From Polyangiales bacterium (GTDB taxonomy: Bacteria > Myxococcota_A > Polyangia > Polyangiales > Polyangiaceae): a DNA stretch of 64,000 nucleotides. The notes under the pieces are model-generated. The model saw only the letters and a program-made list of their open reading frames with translations, made no database searches and had not been told where the DNA came from. A program made the position numbers and the translations under genes. The stretch covers positions 96,001-160,000 of the forward strand of contig JBBRLQ010000010.1 of NCBI GenBank assembly GCA_038231275.1, read 5' to 3'. This document shows, one piece after another, positions 11,057 to 20,491 of the stretch. Numbering within the stretch: the first letter of the stretch is position 1; every line of letters begins with the position of its first letter.

Positions 11057-11572
11057 GTGGAGTCCCTTCTCCGAGGACGCTTGTTCCCCCTTCTCTTCGC
11101 GCTCGCCGGCTGCAGCACGAGTAGCGGCGGCAATTCGGTCGACGCCGCCGCCGACGTCACCGAGGAGACCGGCGCGCGCGACACCGGAAAGGACGGGCCC
11201 GATCTCGACGCCGGCGCCGACGTGGGGAAGGCCGCGCCGGGCGTGGGCTTCGTCGCGTGCGGCGCCAGCCAGTGTGCGATCCCCGGCGAGGTGTGCTGCC
11301 CGCGCGTCGACGGCGGCGCCTGCTTCCCGCGAGGCGCGGCGCCGTGCAGCGGGATCGAGTGCGATCAGCCGGACGACTGCGCCGATGGCACGACGTGCTG
11401 CTACCAATTCCCTGCCGGCTGCGCCGACGTATCGGCGACGTGCAAGAAGACGTGCGGCGCCGCGGACGTGCCCGCGTGCCTTGGCCTGACCGACTGCAAT
11501 GCCTGCGTGTCGCTCACGTGCGCCGGCGTCCCGCTGACGACGTGCGGGACCGACGGCCTCTGCTGCCACTGA
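11057..11572 (+). CDS. Cys-rich lipoprotein
   Basis: LAGC lipobox, DA-rich linker, 'CDQPDDCADGTTCC' module. Confidence 0.75.
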   Translation: MESLLRGRLFPLLFALAGCSTSSGGNSVDAAADVTEETGARDTGKDGPDLDAGADVGKAAPGVGFVACGASQCAIPGEVCCPRVDGGACFPRGAAPCSGIECDQPDDCADGTTCCYQFPAGCADVSATCKKTCGAADVPACLGLTDCNACVSLTCAGVPLTTCGTDGLCCH

Positions 11573-11592
11573 GAGTAGAGCGAGCGCTCGCG

Positions 11593-12003
11593 TCAGCCCT
11601 TCTCGACGTCCTTGCCGGACTTCTCCCATCCGCGGATGCCGGCGGGCATCACGTACACGTTCGCGTATCCGAGGTTCTCCGCTGCGACCGCAGCGGTGTG
11701 GCACGCGTGTCAGAGCTCGTTAGCGCAGTAGAAGACGAGGGTGGCGTCCTTGTCGGGGGGCAGATCGCCCGCCGTCACTTTGTCGAACGCGACCCACTTG
11801 GCGCCGGGGACGTGGCTCTTCGTCCAGCGCTCTTTGTCGTTGTTGTCGAAGATGAAGGTCTTCCCATCATGCCGGGCGATGCGCGAGGCGACGTCGTCCA
11901 CGCTCAGCTCTTTCAGCGGAGCGCCGCTCGCGGACTTCTTCGCGCAGCCCGCGGCCAAGGCGGCGAGCATCGCGGCGCTGAGCACGAAGGCACGACGGTT
12001 CAT
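11593..12003 (-). CDS. Rhodanese-domain lipoprotein, putative selenoprotein (in-frame TGA at 11710..11712), 136 aa
   Basis: Reading through the TGA gives FYCANEL-U-HACHTAAVAAENLGYANVYVMPAGIRGWEKSGKDVEKG*, which restores the canonical rhodanese C-terminus; SHVPGA motif; NRRAF twin-arginine-like motif and AAGC lipobox. Confidence 0.85.
11679..11696 (-). promoter_or_regulatory. Putative bacterial SECIS hairpin
   Basis: mRNA CCGCUGC-GGUC-GCAGCGG: perfect 7-bp stem with a GGUC loop, starting 13 nt 3' of the UGA. Confidence 0.72.
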
Positions 12004-12103
12004 GCGCGAAACTCTAGCGCGCCCACACCGGTTCGGCCAGTCGCGGCGTCGTTCTCGCGATCAAACGGGCCCCCATCGGACATCTCCCGGTCGGCGAGAG
12101 TCG

Positions 12104-12277
12104 ATGCGTCGAAAGTCAGCGGACAAGCAGAGCCTGAAGCTCCCGATCGAGCTCGTCGTCGAGATGAGGGGTGAGGCGAGGCGCCTCGACAAATCGCTCT
12201 CGTGGGTGGCGCAAGAGGCCTGGCGCCGCGCCAAGGAGCGCATTCGAGCGCTCCCGGGCGTGCGCGACGTCGAGTGA
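12104..12277 (+). CDS. TIGR04563 (MXAN_4361/4362)-family small protein, 57 aa
   Basis: KQSLKLPIELVVEMRGEARRLDKSLSWVAQEAWRRAKERIRALP fits the family pattern; it is the tail of ORF 11741..12277. Confidence 0.85.
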   Translation: MRRKSADKQSLKLPIELVVEMRGEARRLDKSLSWVAQEAWRRAKERIRALPGVRDVE

Positions 12278-12571
12278 TTTACTCGTCGATGGCCTTGGGC
12301 GACGACGCGAGCGTGCAACGCGGCGCGCTCGACGCACGACGCGATCGCCCTGGTGTCGCTGGCAAGCGGCAGCGTCGGAGGGCTCCGCGTTCGCGCCTTA
12401 AACGGTCCGGGCGAGCTGCTCGTCGGCGATGACCGTCGCGTGCACCTCGTGTCGAACCACCGCCTGCCGCGGATCCCTCGTTCCCCAGTCGCGGCAAATG
12501 TTCCCGAACGCGTCGACCCCGTCCTCATCCTGACGCCCGGCGCCCAGTAGTAGGGAGTAGAGGGGAGCAGC

Positions 12572-12609
12572 CTCGACGGAATCTGCCGCTCTCGGTGGAA
12601 TCCGTCGAG
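12572..12609 (+). other. Long intergenic stem-loop
   Basis: CTCGACGGA/TCCGTCGAG 9-bp stem, one A-A mismatch, a 7-bp upper stem with two G-U pairs, CTCT loop. Confidence 0.55.
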
Positions 12610-12684
12610 AGCACGGAGAAGAAAGCCGCAAGAGACGTGAAGGATCGGTGGTGCGTCGGGCCGTGTGCGGACATATGCAGCGGC

Positions 12685-13809
12685 ATGATGCACGCGCCGC
12701 GCAGCCTGGTTCGTTTCTCTCGTCTCGGTCTGGTCGGTCTGGTCGCCGGTGTCGCTGCGCTCGCGTGCAGCGGCGCATCGTCGCCGGGCGGAACAGGCGG
12801 GGACGATGGCGGCAGCTCCGGCACCTCGGGCACCTCGGGCACCTCGGGGACGTCGGGCACTTCGGGGGCATCGGGCACCTCGGGAACGTCGGGCACTTCG
12901 GGGACGTCCGGCACGTCAGGGACCTCCGGCTCATCGGGCAGCTCGGGCTCTTCGGGCAACACGGACGGCGGCACCGATGGGTCGACGGCGACGAAGGTCA
13001 CGACCGTCTTCACGGTCCTGTTCGAGAACCACGACTACGCGGAGATCGTCGGCTCCGCGAACGCGCCCTACTTCAACTCGCTCATCGCGAAGTACGGCCT
13101 CGCGACGAACTACATCGACTCGAACGTCCACCCGTCGCTCCCCAACTACCTCTTCATGATCAGCGGCGGCACGCAGGGCGTGACCACCGACTTCGATCCG
13201 ACGACCAACGGCTTCCCGAAGGACGTGCAGCACATCGGCTCGCAGCTCGTCGCGAAGAGCGTCCCGTGGCGGTCGTACCAAGAGAGCATGGGGACGGCAT
13301 GCAAGCTCACGGGGAGCGGAAAGTACGCGCCGAAGCACGATCCCTTCCTCTACTTCACCGACATCCAGAACGGCGCCGGCGGCCTCTGCGCGAGCACCCA
13401 GGTCGACTACGCGCAGTTTCCGACCGATCTCGCGGCGAACACGAACCGCTTCTATTTCATCACGCCGAACCTCACCTCCGACGGGCACGATCCGACGAGC
13501 AATCCGGTGACCGGTCTCAAGAACTCCGACGCGTGGGCGCAGACCGAGATCGCGAAGATCATGGCGTCGCCGGCGTACCTGAACGGCGGGGTCATCTTCA
13601 TCACCTGGGACGAGGCCGAGGGGCGCAACGGCGACTCGAAGGATCAGATCCCGATGATCGTGGTGAGCGAGCTCATCAAGACGGCGGGGTACAAGTCGAA
13701 CGTCGCGTATTCGCACAAGAGCTGGCTCGCGACGGTGGAGGACATCCTCGGCCTCGGGCGCCTCGCCACGACGACCGCCGAGCCGACGCTGTCCGAGTTC
13801 TTCAAGTAG
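12685..13809 (+). CDS. Phosphoesterase-family (acid phosphatase/PLC-like) lipoprotein
   Basis: ALAC lipobox, (GTS)n linker, FENHDY, HPSLPNY, YAPKHDPF, ITWDE. Confidence 0.9.
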   Translation: MMHAPRSLVRFSRLGLVGLVAGVAALACSGASSPGGTGGDDGGSSGTSGTSGTSGTSGTSGASGTSGTSGTSGTSGTSGTSGSSGSSGSSGNTDGGTDGSTATKVTTVFTVLFENHDYAEIVGSANAPYFNSLIAKYGLATNYIDSNVHPSLPNYLFMISGGTQGVTTDFDPTTNGFPKDVQHIGSQLVAKSVPWRSYQESMGTACKLTGSGKYAPKHDPFLYFTDIQNGAGGLCASTQVDYAQFPTDLAANTNRFYFITPNLTSDGHDPTSNPVTGLKNSDAWAQTEIAKIMASPAYLNGGVIFITWDEAEGRNGDSKDQIPMIVVSELIKTAGYKSNVAYSHKSWLATVEDILGLGRLATTTAEPTLSEFFK

Positions 13810-13896
13810 AGGCCGTGTAGGCGAAGAGCGCCGTCCCGTGGCGGAATGCGCCGCGGGACGTGATCCTTTTGGCTGCTCGGTCCCACCATCTTAGAC

Positions 13897-15015
13897 ATGC
13901 ATCCTTCTCGCGTCGTTCTGCGCGTCCTTGCCGCGGCCGTCGGTCTGGTCGCGCTCTTGTCCGTGAGCTGCGGCCGGAGCGAGCTGTTCGCCGACACCGC
14001 ACTCACCGATGACGGCGGCGTCGACGGCGCGACCCCGTCGGCGTGCGGATCCTGCAGCGAATTGTCGGCGGAGTGCGGGACCGTCACGGACCGCTGCGGC
14101 AAATCGCTCGATTGCGGATCGTGCGCGGTCCCGAAGACGTGTGGCGGCGGCGGAACCGCGAACCAATGCGGGTGCCAGGCGTCGACGTGCAGCGCGGTCG
14201 GGGCCGAGTGCGGCGAGGCCCTCGACGGATGCGACGGCGTGCTCTCGTGCGGGACGTGTCCGGCTGGCCTGACGTGCGGAGGGGCCGGCGCCAACCGCTG
14301 CGGCCCGAACTCATGTGCTCCCAAGACGTGCGCGCAGCTCGGCGTCGCGTGCGGCAAGGTCTCGGACGGGTGCAGCAAGGTGCTCGACTGCGGCGGATGC
14401 TCGGCGCCCCAGACCTGCGGCGGCGGCGGCACCGTCAACGTGTGCGGCTGCACGCGCAGCACGTGCGCGGGCCGCGGCGCGACGTGCGGCAAGGTCTCCG
14501 ACGGATGCGGCAAAGAGCTCGACTGCGGGGGATGCACCGCTCCGCAGTCGTGCGGTGTCGGCGGCACGAACGCCTGCGGGTGCGTCGCAGCCACGTGCGC
14601 TTCGATCGACGCGCACTGCGGGACGATGCTCGACGGCTGCGGCGGGACGCTCAGCTGCGGGACGTGCACGGGCGGCGGTCGGCGCGGCGGGAAGGTGTGC
14701 ATCGGCTCGGGCCCCGCGAATTGCAGTGAAGAAGGAGAGTCGTGCACGCCGACGACGTGCGCGCGTCAGGGTGCGCGGTGCGGCAAAGTCGCCGACGGGT
14801 GCGGCGGGCTCCTCGACTGCGGCACGTGCGCGGTTGGCCAAACCTGCGGCGGTGGCGGCGTCTTCAACCAATGCGGCTGCACGCCGACGACGTGCGACGC
14901 CCAGGGTGCCACCTGCGGCAAGCTCGGAGACGGGTGCGGCGGCAGTCTCGACTGCGGCACGTGCGCGGCCGGGCAGGCGTGCACGTCCGTCAATCAGTGC
15001 GCGCGTACCAAGTAG
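13897..15015 (+). CDS. Lipoprotein made of 7 tandem 8-Cys repeats
   Basis: Lipobox-like SVSC; unit of about 45 aa, C-x4-C-x6-CG-x3-DGCG-x2-LDCG-x-C-x5-CGGGG-x2-N-x-CG. Confidence 0.85.
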   Translation: MHPSRVVLRVLAAAVGLVALLSVSCGRSELFADTALTDDGGVDGATPSACGSCSELSAECGTVTDRCGKSLDCGSCAVPKTCGGGGTANQCGCQASTCSAVGAECGEALDGCDGVLSCGTCPAGLTCGGAGANRCGPNSCAPKTCAQLGVACGKVSDGCSKVLDCGGCSAPQTCGGGGTVNVCGCTRSTCAGRGATCGKVSDGCGKELDCGGCTAPQSCGVGGTNACGCVAATCASIDAHCGTMLDGCGGTLSCGTCTGGGRRGGKVCIGSGPANCSEEGESCTPTTCARQGARCGKVADGCGGLLDCGTCAVGQTCGGGGVFNQCGCTPTTCDAQGATCGKLGDGCGGSLDCGTCAAGQACTSVNQCARTK

Positions 15016-15030
15016 TGCGAGGCCTTCGCT

Positions 15031-16314
15031 CTACGCGAGCTCGCGCGCGCGCTCGGCGAGGCCTTGGATGACGGAGTGGAAGCTGGAGAGGCGGTGTAGC
15101 TTCTTGGCGCCGAAGCGTGCTTCGAGGCCGCGCGCGATGACGGGGACGCGCGCGGTGCCCCCGGTCGCGCAGACGAGGTCGATCGCGTATTCGTCGAGGC
15201 CGGCGGCCGCGAGCGTTTCGGTGACGCAGGAGAGGATGCGATCGGTGGTGGGCGCGGAGAAGGCCTCGAGCTCCTCGCGGCGGACCTCCTCGGAGACGTC
15301 GATTCCGGGGTAGGCGTAGCGGAACGGGGCCGTGGTGGCGTCGGAGAGAGCGCGCTTGGTGGCTTCGATGGCTTCGAAGATCTGGAAGCCGAGGCCGTCT
15401 TCGATCAGGACGAGGAGCTGGTCCATCCTCTCTTGGTCGCGCCCCCCCAGCGCGCCGCTCTTGATGTCGCGAAGGAAGCGGAGGACGTCTTGCCTGCCGA
15501 GGAGGCACACCTCTGCGGGTGAGCAGAGGCGCTCCATCAGCGCCTTGGGCATCGAGAGGACGTTGCCGCCGAAAGGGACCTTGTACGTGACGTCGCCGCC
15601 GAAATGCGCGGCGATTTTCTTGCGCATGAGGCTCGCGTCGATCGCGTCGCCGGCGACCGGCACGCCGCCGATGGCGAGGACGTCCGCGCGATCGTCCCGT
15701 CGGTCGCTGCTCAATCGAGCGACGGTGAAGTCGCTGGTGCCGCCGCCGAGATCGGCGACGAGGACGGTGGCGGTGCCGTTCATCTTGCTTCGAAAGTCGT
15801 ACGCCGCGGCGACCGGCTCGGGGCAGAACGAGACCTCGTCGAATCCCGCGAAGCGCGCGGCGCGTTCGAGGCGCTCCTGGGCGAGCGCGTCGGCCTCGGG
15901 ATCCTCGGAGAAGCGCGCGGGGCGGCCGAGGAGCGCGCGCTTCACGTCGACGCCGTAGTGCCGATTTGCGCGCACGCGCATCTCGCGCAGGAACACGCCG
16001 ACGAGGTCCTCCAAGCGGACGACCCGCGTGCCGATGCGCGTCTCGGCGACGCCCATCATCGGAAGGAATCGCTTCATCGAGCGAATGAAGCGGCCACGCG
16101 CGCCGTGCGCTTCGTAGCTGCGGAGCGCCTCGTGGCCGAAGGCCCACTCGCCGTCCGCGAAGAAGAGAATGCTCCGCAAGATCGTCGGCTCGGGCGCGGT
16201 CGGATCGAGCGGCGCCGGAGGGAACGCGCCATCCGGACCGACGCCGGCGAGGAGGGAGTTGCTGGTGCCGAAATCGATCGCGTAGATGGTCACGGCGGCG
16301 GACATGAGGCCCAT
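15031..16314 (-). CDS. yegD: Hsp70-family protein, YegD-like (start at 16314 or 16305)
   Basis: AIDFGTSNS, GRPARFS, EPVAAA, DLGGGTSDF, TGGTARVP; no substrate-binding domain. Confidence 0.85.
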   Translation of the reverse strand: MGLMSAAVTIYAIDFGTSNSLLAGVGPDGAFPPAPLDPTAPEPTILRSILFFADGEWAFGHEALRSYEAHGARGRFIRSMKRFLPMMGVAETRIGTRVVRLEDLVGVFLREMRVRANRHYGVDVKRALLGRPARFSEDPEADALAQERLERAARFAGFDEVSFCPEPVAAAYDFRSKMNGTATVLVADLGGGTSDFTVARLSSDRRDDRADVLAIGGVPVAGDAIDASLMRKKIAAHFGGDVTYKVPFGGNVLSMPKALMERLCSPAEVCLLGRQDVLRFLRDIKSGALGGRDQERMDQLLVLIEDGLGFQIFEAIEATKRALSDATTAPFRYAYPGIDVSEEVRREELEAFSAPTTDRILSCVTETLAAAGLDEYAIDLVCATGGTARVPVIARGLEARFGAKKLHRLSSFHSVIQGLAERARELA

Positions 16315-16381
16315 CCTGCCGCCCAAACGCCGCGCTTTCCTAGCTGGGAAATTCGTGGGATCCTGCGGCGAGCCTCGCGGG

Positions 16382-19231
16382 ATGGGGGAAAAACGCGACG
16401 AGAAGGACGCGGCGACGCTGGCGACCACGATCGTCGAGGCAGAATCGCGTGCTCCGTCTCGCAGCGGTGAGAGCCTCGCGCTTCCGCCAGGCACCGTCGT
16501 AGGGCGCTACGTCATCGTCCAGGACATCGGGCGCGGCGGGATGGGCGCCGTGATGCTCGCCTACGACACGCAGCTCGCGCGTCGCGTGGCGGTGAAGATC
16601 CTGCTCACCGAGGCCGCGTCGGAGGAGGCGCGCGTGCGAATGATGCGCGAGGCGCAAGCGATGGCGCGCCTGTCGCATCCCAACGTCGTCGCGATCTACG
16701 ACGTCGGGACGTTCGAGGGGAACATCTTCCTCACGATGGAGTTCATCGACGGCACGACGCTGCGGGGGTGGCTCGCGACGCGCCGCCCGTGGCGCGAGGT
16801 GCTCGACGTGATGCGAAAGGCGGGGCGAGGGCTCGCCGCCGCGCACGCCGCAGGGCTCGTCCATCGGGATTTCAAGCCGTCGAACGTCCTCATCGGCAAA
16901 GACGGGCGCGTGTGCGTGATGGACTTCGGGATCGCGCGCGCCGACGCATCGGCGATCATGGCGATCGACACCGGATCGTTCCCTGCGCTGGCGCCCGTCG
17001 ACGTGGTGCTCGCCCCCGAGCCGCCCACCGAGCCCTCGGACGGCCCGAGCGCCGTCCACACCACGGGGACGAGCGTGCCGCCGACGGCGACGTCCAGCCA
17101 TCAGCTGCTCAGCGAGAAGCTCACCGAAGAGGGCGCGGTCATCGGCACCGTGGGCTACCTCGCGCCCGAACAGGCGTCGAACGAGGGGACCGACGCGCGG
17201 AGCGACGTGTTCAGCTTCTGCGCGGCGGTCTTTCGCGCGCTCTATGGCGTGCCGCCGTTTCCGAGCAAGACGCTGAACGAGTACCTCGGCGCGCTCTCGA
17301 AGCCGCCCGCCGCGCGGCCGCGCGACACGAAGGTGCCCGCGTGGATTCATCCGGTTCTCCTCAAGGGCCTGAGCGAGACGCCGAGCGATCGCTACACGAC
17401 GATGGAGGAGCTCCTGCGCGCGCTCGACGACGATCCGGCGCGGCGTCGAAGGCGCACGCTGCTGACCCTCGGCGCGGTCGCGGCGGCGGTGGTGGTCGCG
17501 CTCGGGCTTGGGCGCGCGTCGAGCCATGTCGTGGCGCCGGTGTGTGACGGAGCTACCGCGGAGATCGACGAGGTGTACGGCCCCGCGGTGGCCGCCGAGA
17601 TCGAGCAGAAATTCACGGCGACCGGCGCTCCCTACGCGGCCGACGCGTGGCGCCTGACCAAGGAGAGCCTCGAGACCTACACGAAGAGCTGGATGGAGGC
17701 GCACCGGCGCACGTGCGAGGCGACGCGCGTGACCAAGCAGCAGTCCGAGGAGCTGATGAGCCTCCGCATGGCGTGCCTGGAGCAAAATCGCGCGCAGCTG
17801 CGGGCGCTGGTGGGTCTCTTGCGCGAGGCCGATCGCGATCTCGTGGGGCGCGCGGTGCAGGCCTCGATCGCGCTGCCGAGCGTCGACGCGTGCGCGGACA
17901 TCACGTCCCTCATGGAGGTGAAGCCGGCGCCGGCCGCCGACAAAGAGCGCGTCGTCGCGGCGCGACAGCGGCTCGCGGGAGCGCGCGCAGAGGTCGACGC
18001 GGGACGGTACAAAGCGGCGCTCGCGAAGCTCGAGCCGATCGTGCGCGAAGCGCGTGAAATTGGGTACGAGCCGCTCGTCGCCGAGGCGCTGTTCGTGATG
18101 GGCTCCGCGCAGCACTCGTCGGATCAGCCCGTGACCGCGGCGACGACGTTGCGCGAGGCGGTGTGGATGGCCGAGCGCGGGCGCGACGAGCGCCTCAAGA
18201 TCGCAATCCTGCTGCGCCTCGCCTCGGCGGAGGTGACGCTCACGCACTTCGACGCGTCGGCGCTCTGGCTGGACTTCGCGGGCGCGTCCTTGGCGCGTCG
18301 GCCAGGGAGCCAGGCGCTCGAGGCGCGCTTCGCGCTCGGTCAGGCGACGCGCCTCTACATCATGGGAAAGTACACGGATGCCGTTCCATACGCGCGAAAG
18401 GCAGTGGCGCTCGCCGAGCCGCGCGGAGGCCAGGATCCGACGACGCTCTGGGAGTCGTACTTTCGTCTCGGCAGCGTCCTCATGTCGCCGGACTCGCCGG
18501 AGGGACTCGGGTACCTGGAGCGCGCCGACGCGCTGGTGGTCGCGCGGTTCGGGGAGCTCCACCCACAGCGCGTGCGCGTAGCCGGCAACCAGTGCGTCGC
18601 GCTGGGCCTCGTCGGCCGGTACACGGACTGTCTCGATCTCGCCGATCGCACGCTCCAGCGCGCCACGCAGGTCCTGCCGCCGACCCATCGCTGGATCGGG
18701 ATCCTGCACGAGCGCCGCGGGATCGCGCAGTTCAAGCTCCATCGATCGACCGAGGCGCTCGCGTCGCTCGATCGCGCCGTCGCGATCACCAAGGCGTCCA
18801 AGGACGATCGCGAGCTCGGCGCCGCGCAGAGCATCCGCGGCGACGTCCTCCTCGACCTCGGCCGCGCGCGCGAGGCCGTCCCGGCCTTCGACGAGGCGAT
18901 CGGCGCGTTCACGCGCAGCGTGCCTGCCGATCACGATTTCTTCGCCGCCGCGTGGAAAGGGCGCGGCATCGCGCACCTGAGGCTCAATGAGCGGCCTGCG
19001 GCGATCGCCGATCTCGAGAAGGCGCTGGAGGTCTACGCGCGCGGCAACTCGATGACGAACGATCTCAAGCTCGGCCAGGCCGACGTACGCTTCGCCCTCG
19101 CGCAAGCGCTCGCGCAGACCGGACCGCGTCCTGCAAGAGTGACCGAGCTCGCGACTCTCGCCCGCGCGACCTTCATAGACGCGCGCGAAGACGGGCGAGT
19201 TGCGGCGCTCGACCTATGGCTCGCGCGCTAG
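16382..19231 (+). CDS. Hanks-type Ser/Thr protein kinase with TM segment and TPR-like region
   Basis: GRGGMGAV, VAVK, HRDFKPSN, DFG, GTVGYLAPE; TM after RRRRR; helical repeats. Confidence 0.93.
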   Translation: MGEKRDEKDAATLATTIVEAESRAPSRSGESLALPPGTVVGRYVIVQDIGRGGMGAVMLAYDTQLARRVAVKILLTEAASEEARVRMMREAQAMARLSHPNVVAIYDVGTFEGNIFLTMEFIDGTTLRGWLATRRPWREVLDVMRKAGRGLAAAHAAGLVHRDFKPSNVLIGKDGRVCVMDFGIARADASAIMAIDTGSFPALAPVDVVLAPEPPTEPSDGPSAVHTTGTSVPPTATSSHQLLSEKLTEEGAVIGTVGYLAPEQASNEGTDARSDVFSFCAAVFRALYGVPPFPSKTLNEYLGALSKPPAARPRDTKVPAWIHPVLLKGLSETPSDRYTTMEELLRALDDDPARRRRRTLLTLGAVAAAVVVALGLGRASSHVVAPVCDGATAEIDEVYGPAVAAEIEQKFTATGAPYAADAWRLTKESLETYTKSWMEAHRRTCEATRVTKQQSEELMSLRMACLEQNRAQLRALVGLLREADRDLVGRAVQASIALPSVDACADITSLMEVKPAPAADKERVVAARQRLAGARAEVDAGRYKAALAKLEPIVREAREIGYEPLVAEALFVMGSAQHSSDQPVTAATTLREAVWMAERGRDERLKIAILLRLASAEVTLTHFDASALWLDFAGASLARRPGSQALEARFALGQATRLYIMGKYTDAVPYARKAVALAEPRGGQDPTTLWESYFRLGSVLMSPDSPEGLGYLERADALVVARFGELHPQRVRVAGNQCVALGLVGRYTDCLDLADRTLQRATQVLPPTHRWIGILHERRGIAQFKLHRSTEALASLDRAVAITKASKDDRELGAAQSIRGDVLLDLGRAREAVPAFDEAIGAFTRSVPADHDFFAAAWKGRGIAHLRLNERPAAIADLEKALEVYARGNSMTNDLKLGQADVRFALAQALAQTGPRPARVTELATLARATFIDAREDGRVAALDLWLAR

Positions 19232-19241
19232 AGCGAGTCCT

Positions 19242-20414
19242 CTACAGCTCGGGTCGGAACGACTGGGCGTCGCACCGCGCGCGCAGCTTGCGGAGCGCGG
19301 CGATCTCGATCTGGCGGATGCGCTCGCGCGTGAGGGACATCATCGTGCCGATCTCTTCGAGCGTGCGCTCGGGGGCGCCGTCGAGTCCGAAGCGCATGGC
19401 CAAGATCTGGCGCTCGCGCTCCGTGAGGCCCTGAAGGAGCCCGCGCGCGCGGGCGCCCAAGCGTGCGCGCTCGACGTCGTCCTCGGGGAGCGGGCTCGTG
19501 TCGTTTGCGACGAGATCGGCGATCGTGCCCGCATCGTCGCTGGCGCCGAGCGGAGTCTCCAGACTGACCGGCTCCCCGGCGAGGCCCAAGATCATCTCGA
19601 CTTTCTCCGGCGCGAGGCCGCTGCGACGCGCGAGCTCCTCGGTGGTCGGCTCCTGTCCGGTGCCTTCCATCGCGGCGCGGGCGCGACGGACGCGCGCGCG
19701 GCTCTCGACGAGGTGCACGGGCAGCCGAATCGTCGGCGCCTGATCGGAGATCGCGCGATCGACGGCCTGCTTGATCCACCAGCTCGCGTACGTGCTGAGG
19801 CGGTAGCCGCGGCGCGGATCGAATTTTTCGATCGCGTGCATGAGGCCCAGGTTGCCCTCTTGGATGAGGTCGCCCCGGGAGAGGTGTCGGGAGTTGAAGC
19901 GGCTAGCGATCGAGATGACGAGCGGGACGTTTCGCTCGAAGAGCTCGTCCTTCGCCGCGCGGATCTCCGCATGCGCCGCGTGCACGCGCGCGAGAAGAGA
20001 CGGATCGACCGCCGTCTCGGGAGAAGCCTCGACCGCCGCCTCGAGACGGTCGATCACCGCGGGGTGGAGACGGATTTCGGCCAGGCGTCGCGCGCGCCGC
20101 GCTCCACGCGAGGCCAGCGCCGCGAGGAGCTGCGTGCGCTGCGCGACGGTCGGATCGACGGTGTTGTCCTCGTCGTCGTCCACGCGCGTGTCGACGTTGC
20201 GGACGACGTGCTCGATGGGGGTCGTCTCGGCGATGAGCTCCGCGCGGACGTCGGCGACGACACGCGTCCCGGCCCGGGTCGCAAGGAGCGCTTCGAGCAA
20301 TGCATGCTCTCCAGCGAGAATGCGCAAGCCGAGCGCTTGCTCTTCCTGCCGCGTCGGCGGCGGTAGTCGTGCGGTGAAATGGAATGCCGTGTTCACGACA
20401 TATTCTTTAAGCAT
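19242..20414 (-). CDS. RpoD/SigA-like alternative sigma-70 factor (start possibly the GTG at 20396)
   Basis: DLIQEGNLGLMHAIEKFDPRRGYRLSTYASWWIKQA, TIRLPVH, RTLEEIG...TRERIRQIE; no region 1.1. Confidence 0.92.
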   Translation of the reverse strand: MLKEYVVNTAFHFTARLPPPTRQEEQALGLRILAGEHALLEALLATRAGTRVVADVRAELIAETTPIEHVVRNVDTRVDDDEDNTVDPTVAQRTQLLAALASRGARRARRLAEIRLHPAVIDRLEAAVEASPETAVDPSLLARVHAAHAEIRAAKDELFERNVPLVISIASRFNSRHLSRGDLIQEGNLGLMHAIEKFDPRRGYRLSTYASWWIKQAVDRAISDQAPTIRLPVHLVESRARVRRARAAMEGTGQEPTTEELARRSGLAPEKVEMILGLAGEPVSLETPLGASDDAGTIADLVANDTSPLPEDDVERARLGARARGLLQGLTERERQILAMRFGLDGAPERTLEEIGTMMSLTRERIRQIEIAALRKLRARCDAQSFRPEL

Positions 20415-20491
20415 CGAGCGTGGCGTGTGCCATGCATGGCGCCGCGATCACGGGGTGCGAAGCGCGCGCGGCAGCATGGTAGAAGTGCCCC

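Noticed and set aside
11710..11712. TGA as a true stop, or the gene as a pseudogene
   Set aside because: Stopping here would cut the rhodanese fold in its active-site loop; the downstream frame is intact and a SECIS-like hairpin follows. Not fully excluded without finding sel genes.
12275..12550. Read-through of the TIGR04563 gene's TGA into the in-frame downstream stretch
   Set aside because: The protein already has the normal family length, no Cys-equivalent context surrounds the TGA, and I see no convincing SECIS.
16340..19105. 921-aa antisense ORF and the many similar Arg/Ala/Pro-rich overlapping ORFs across the window
   Set aside because: Expected from stop-codon scarcity in high-GC DNA; they carry no recognisable motifs.
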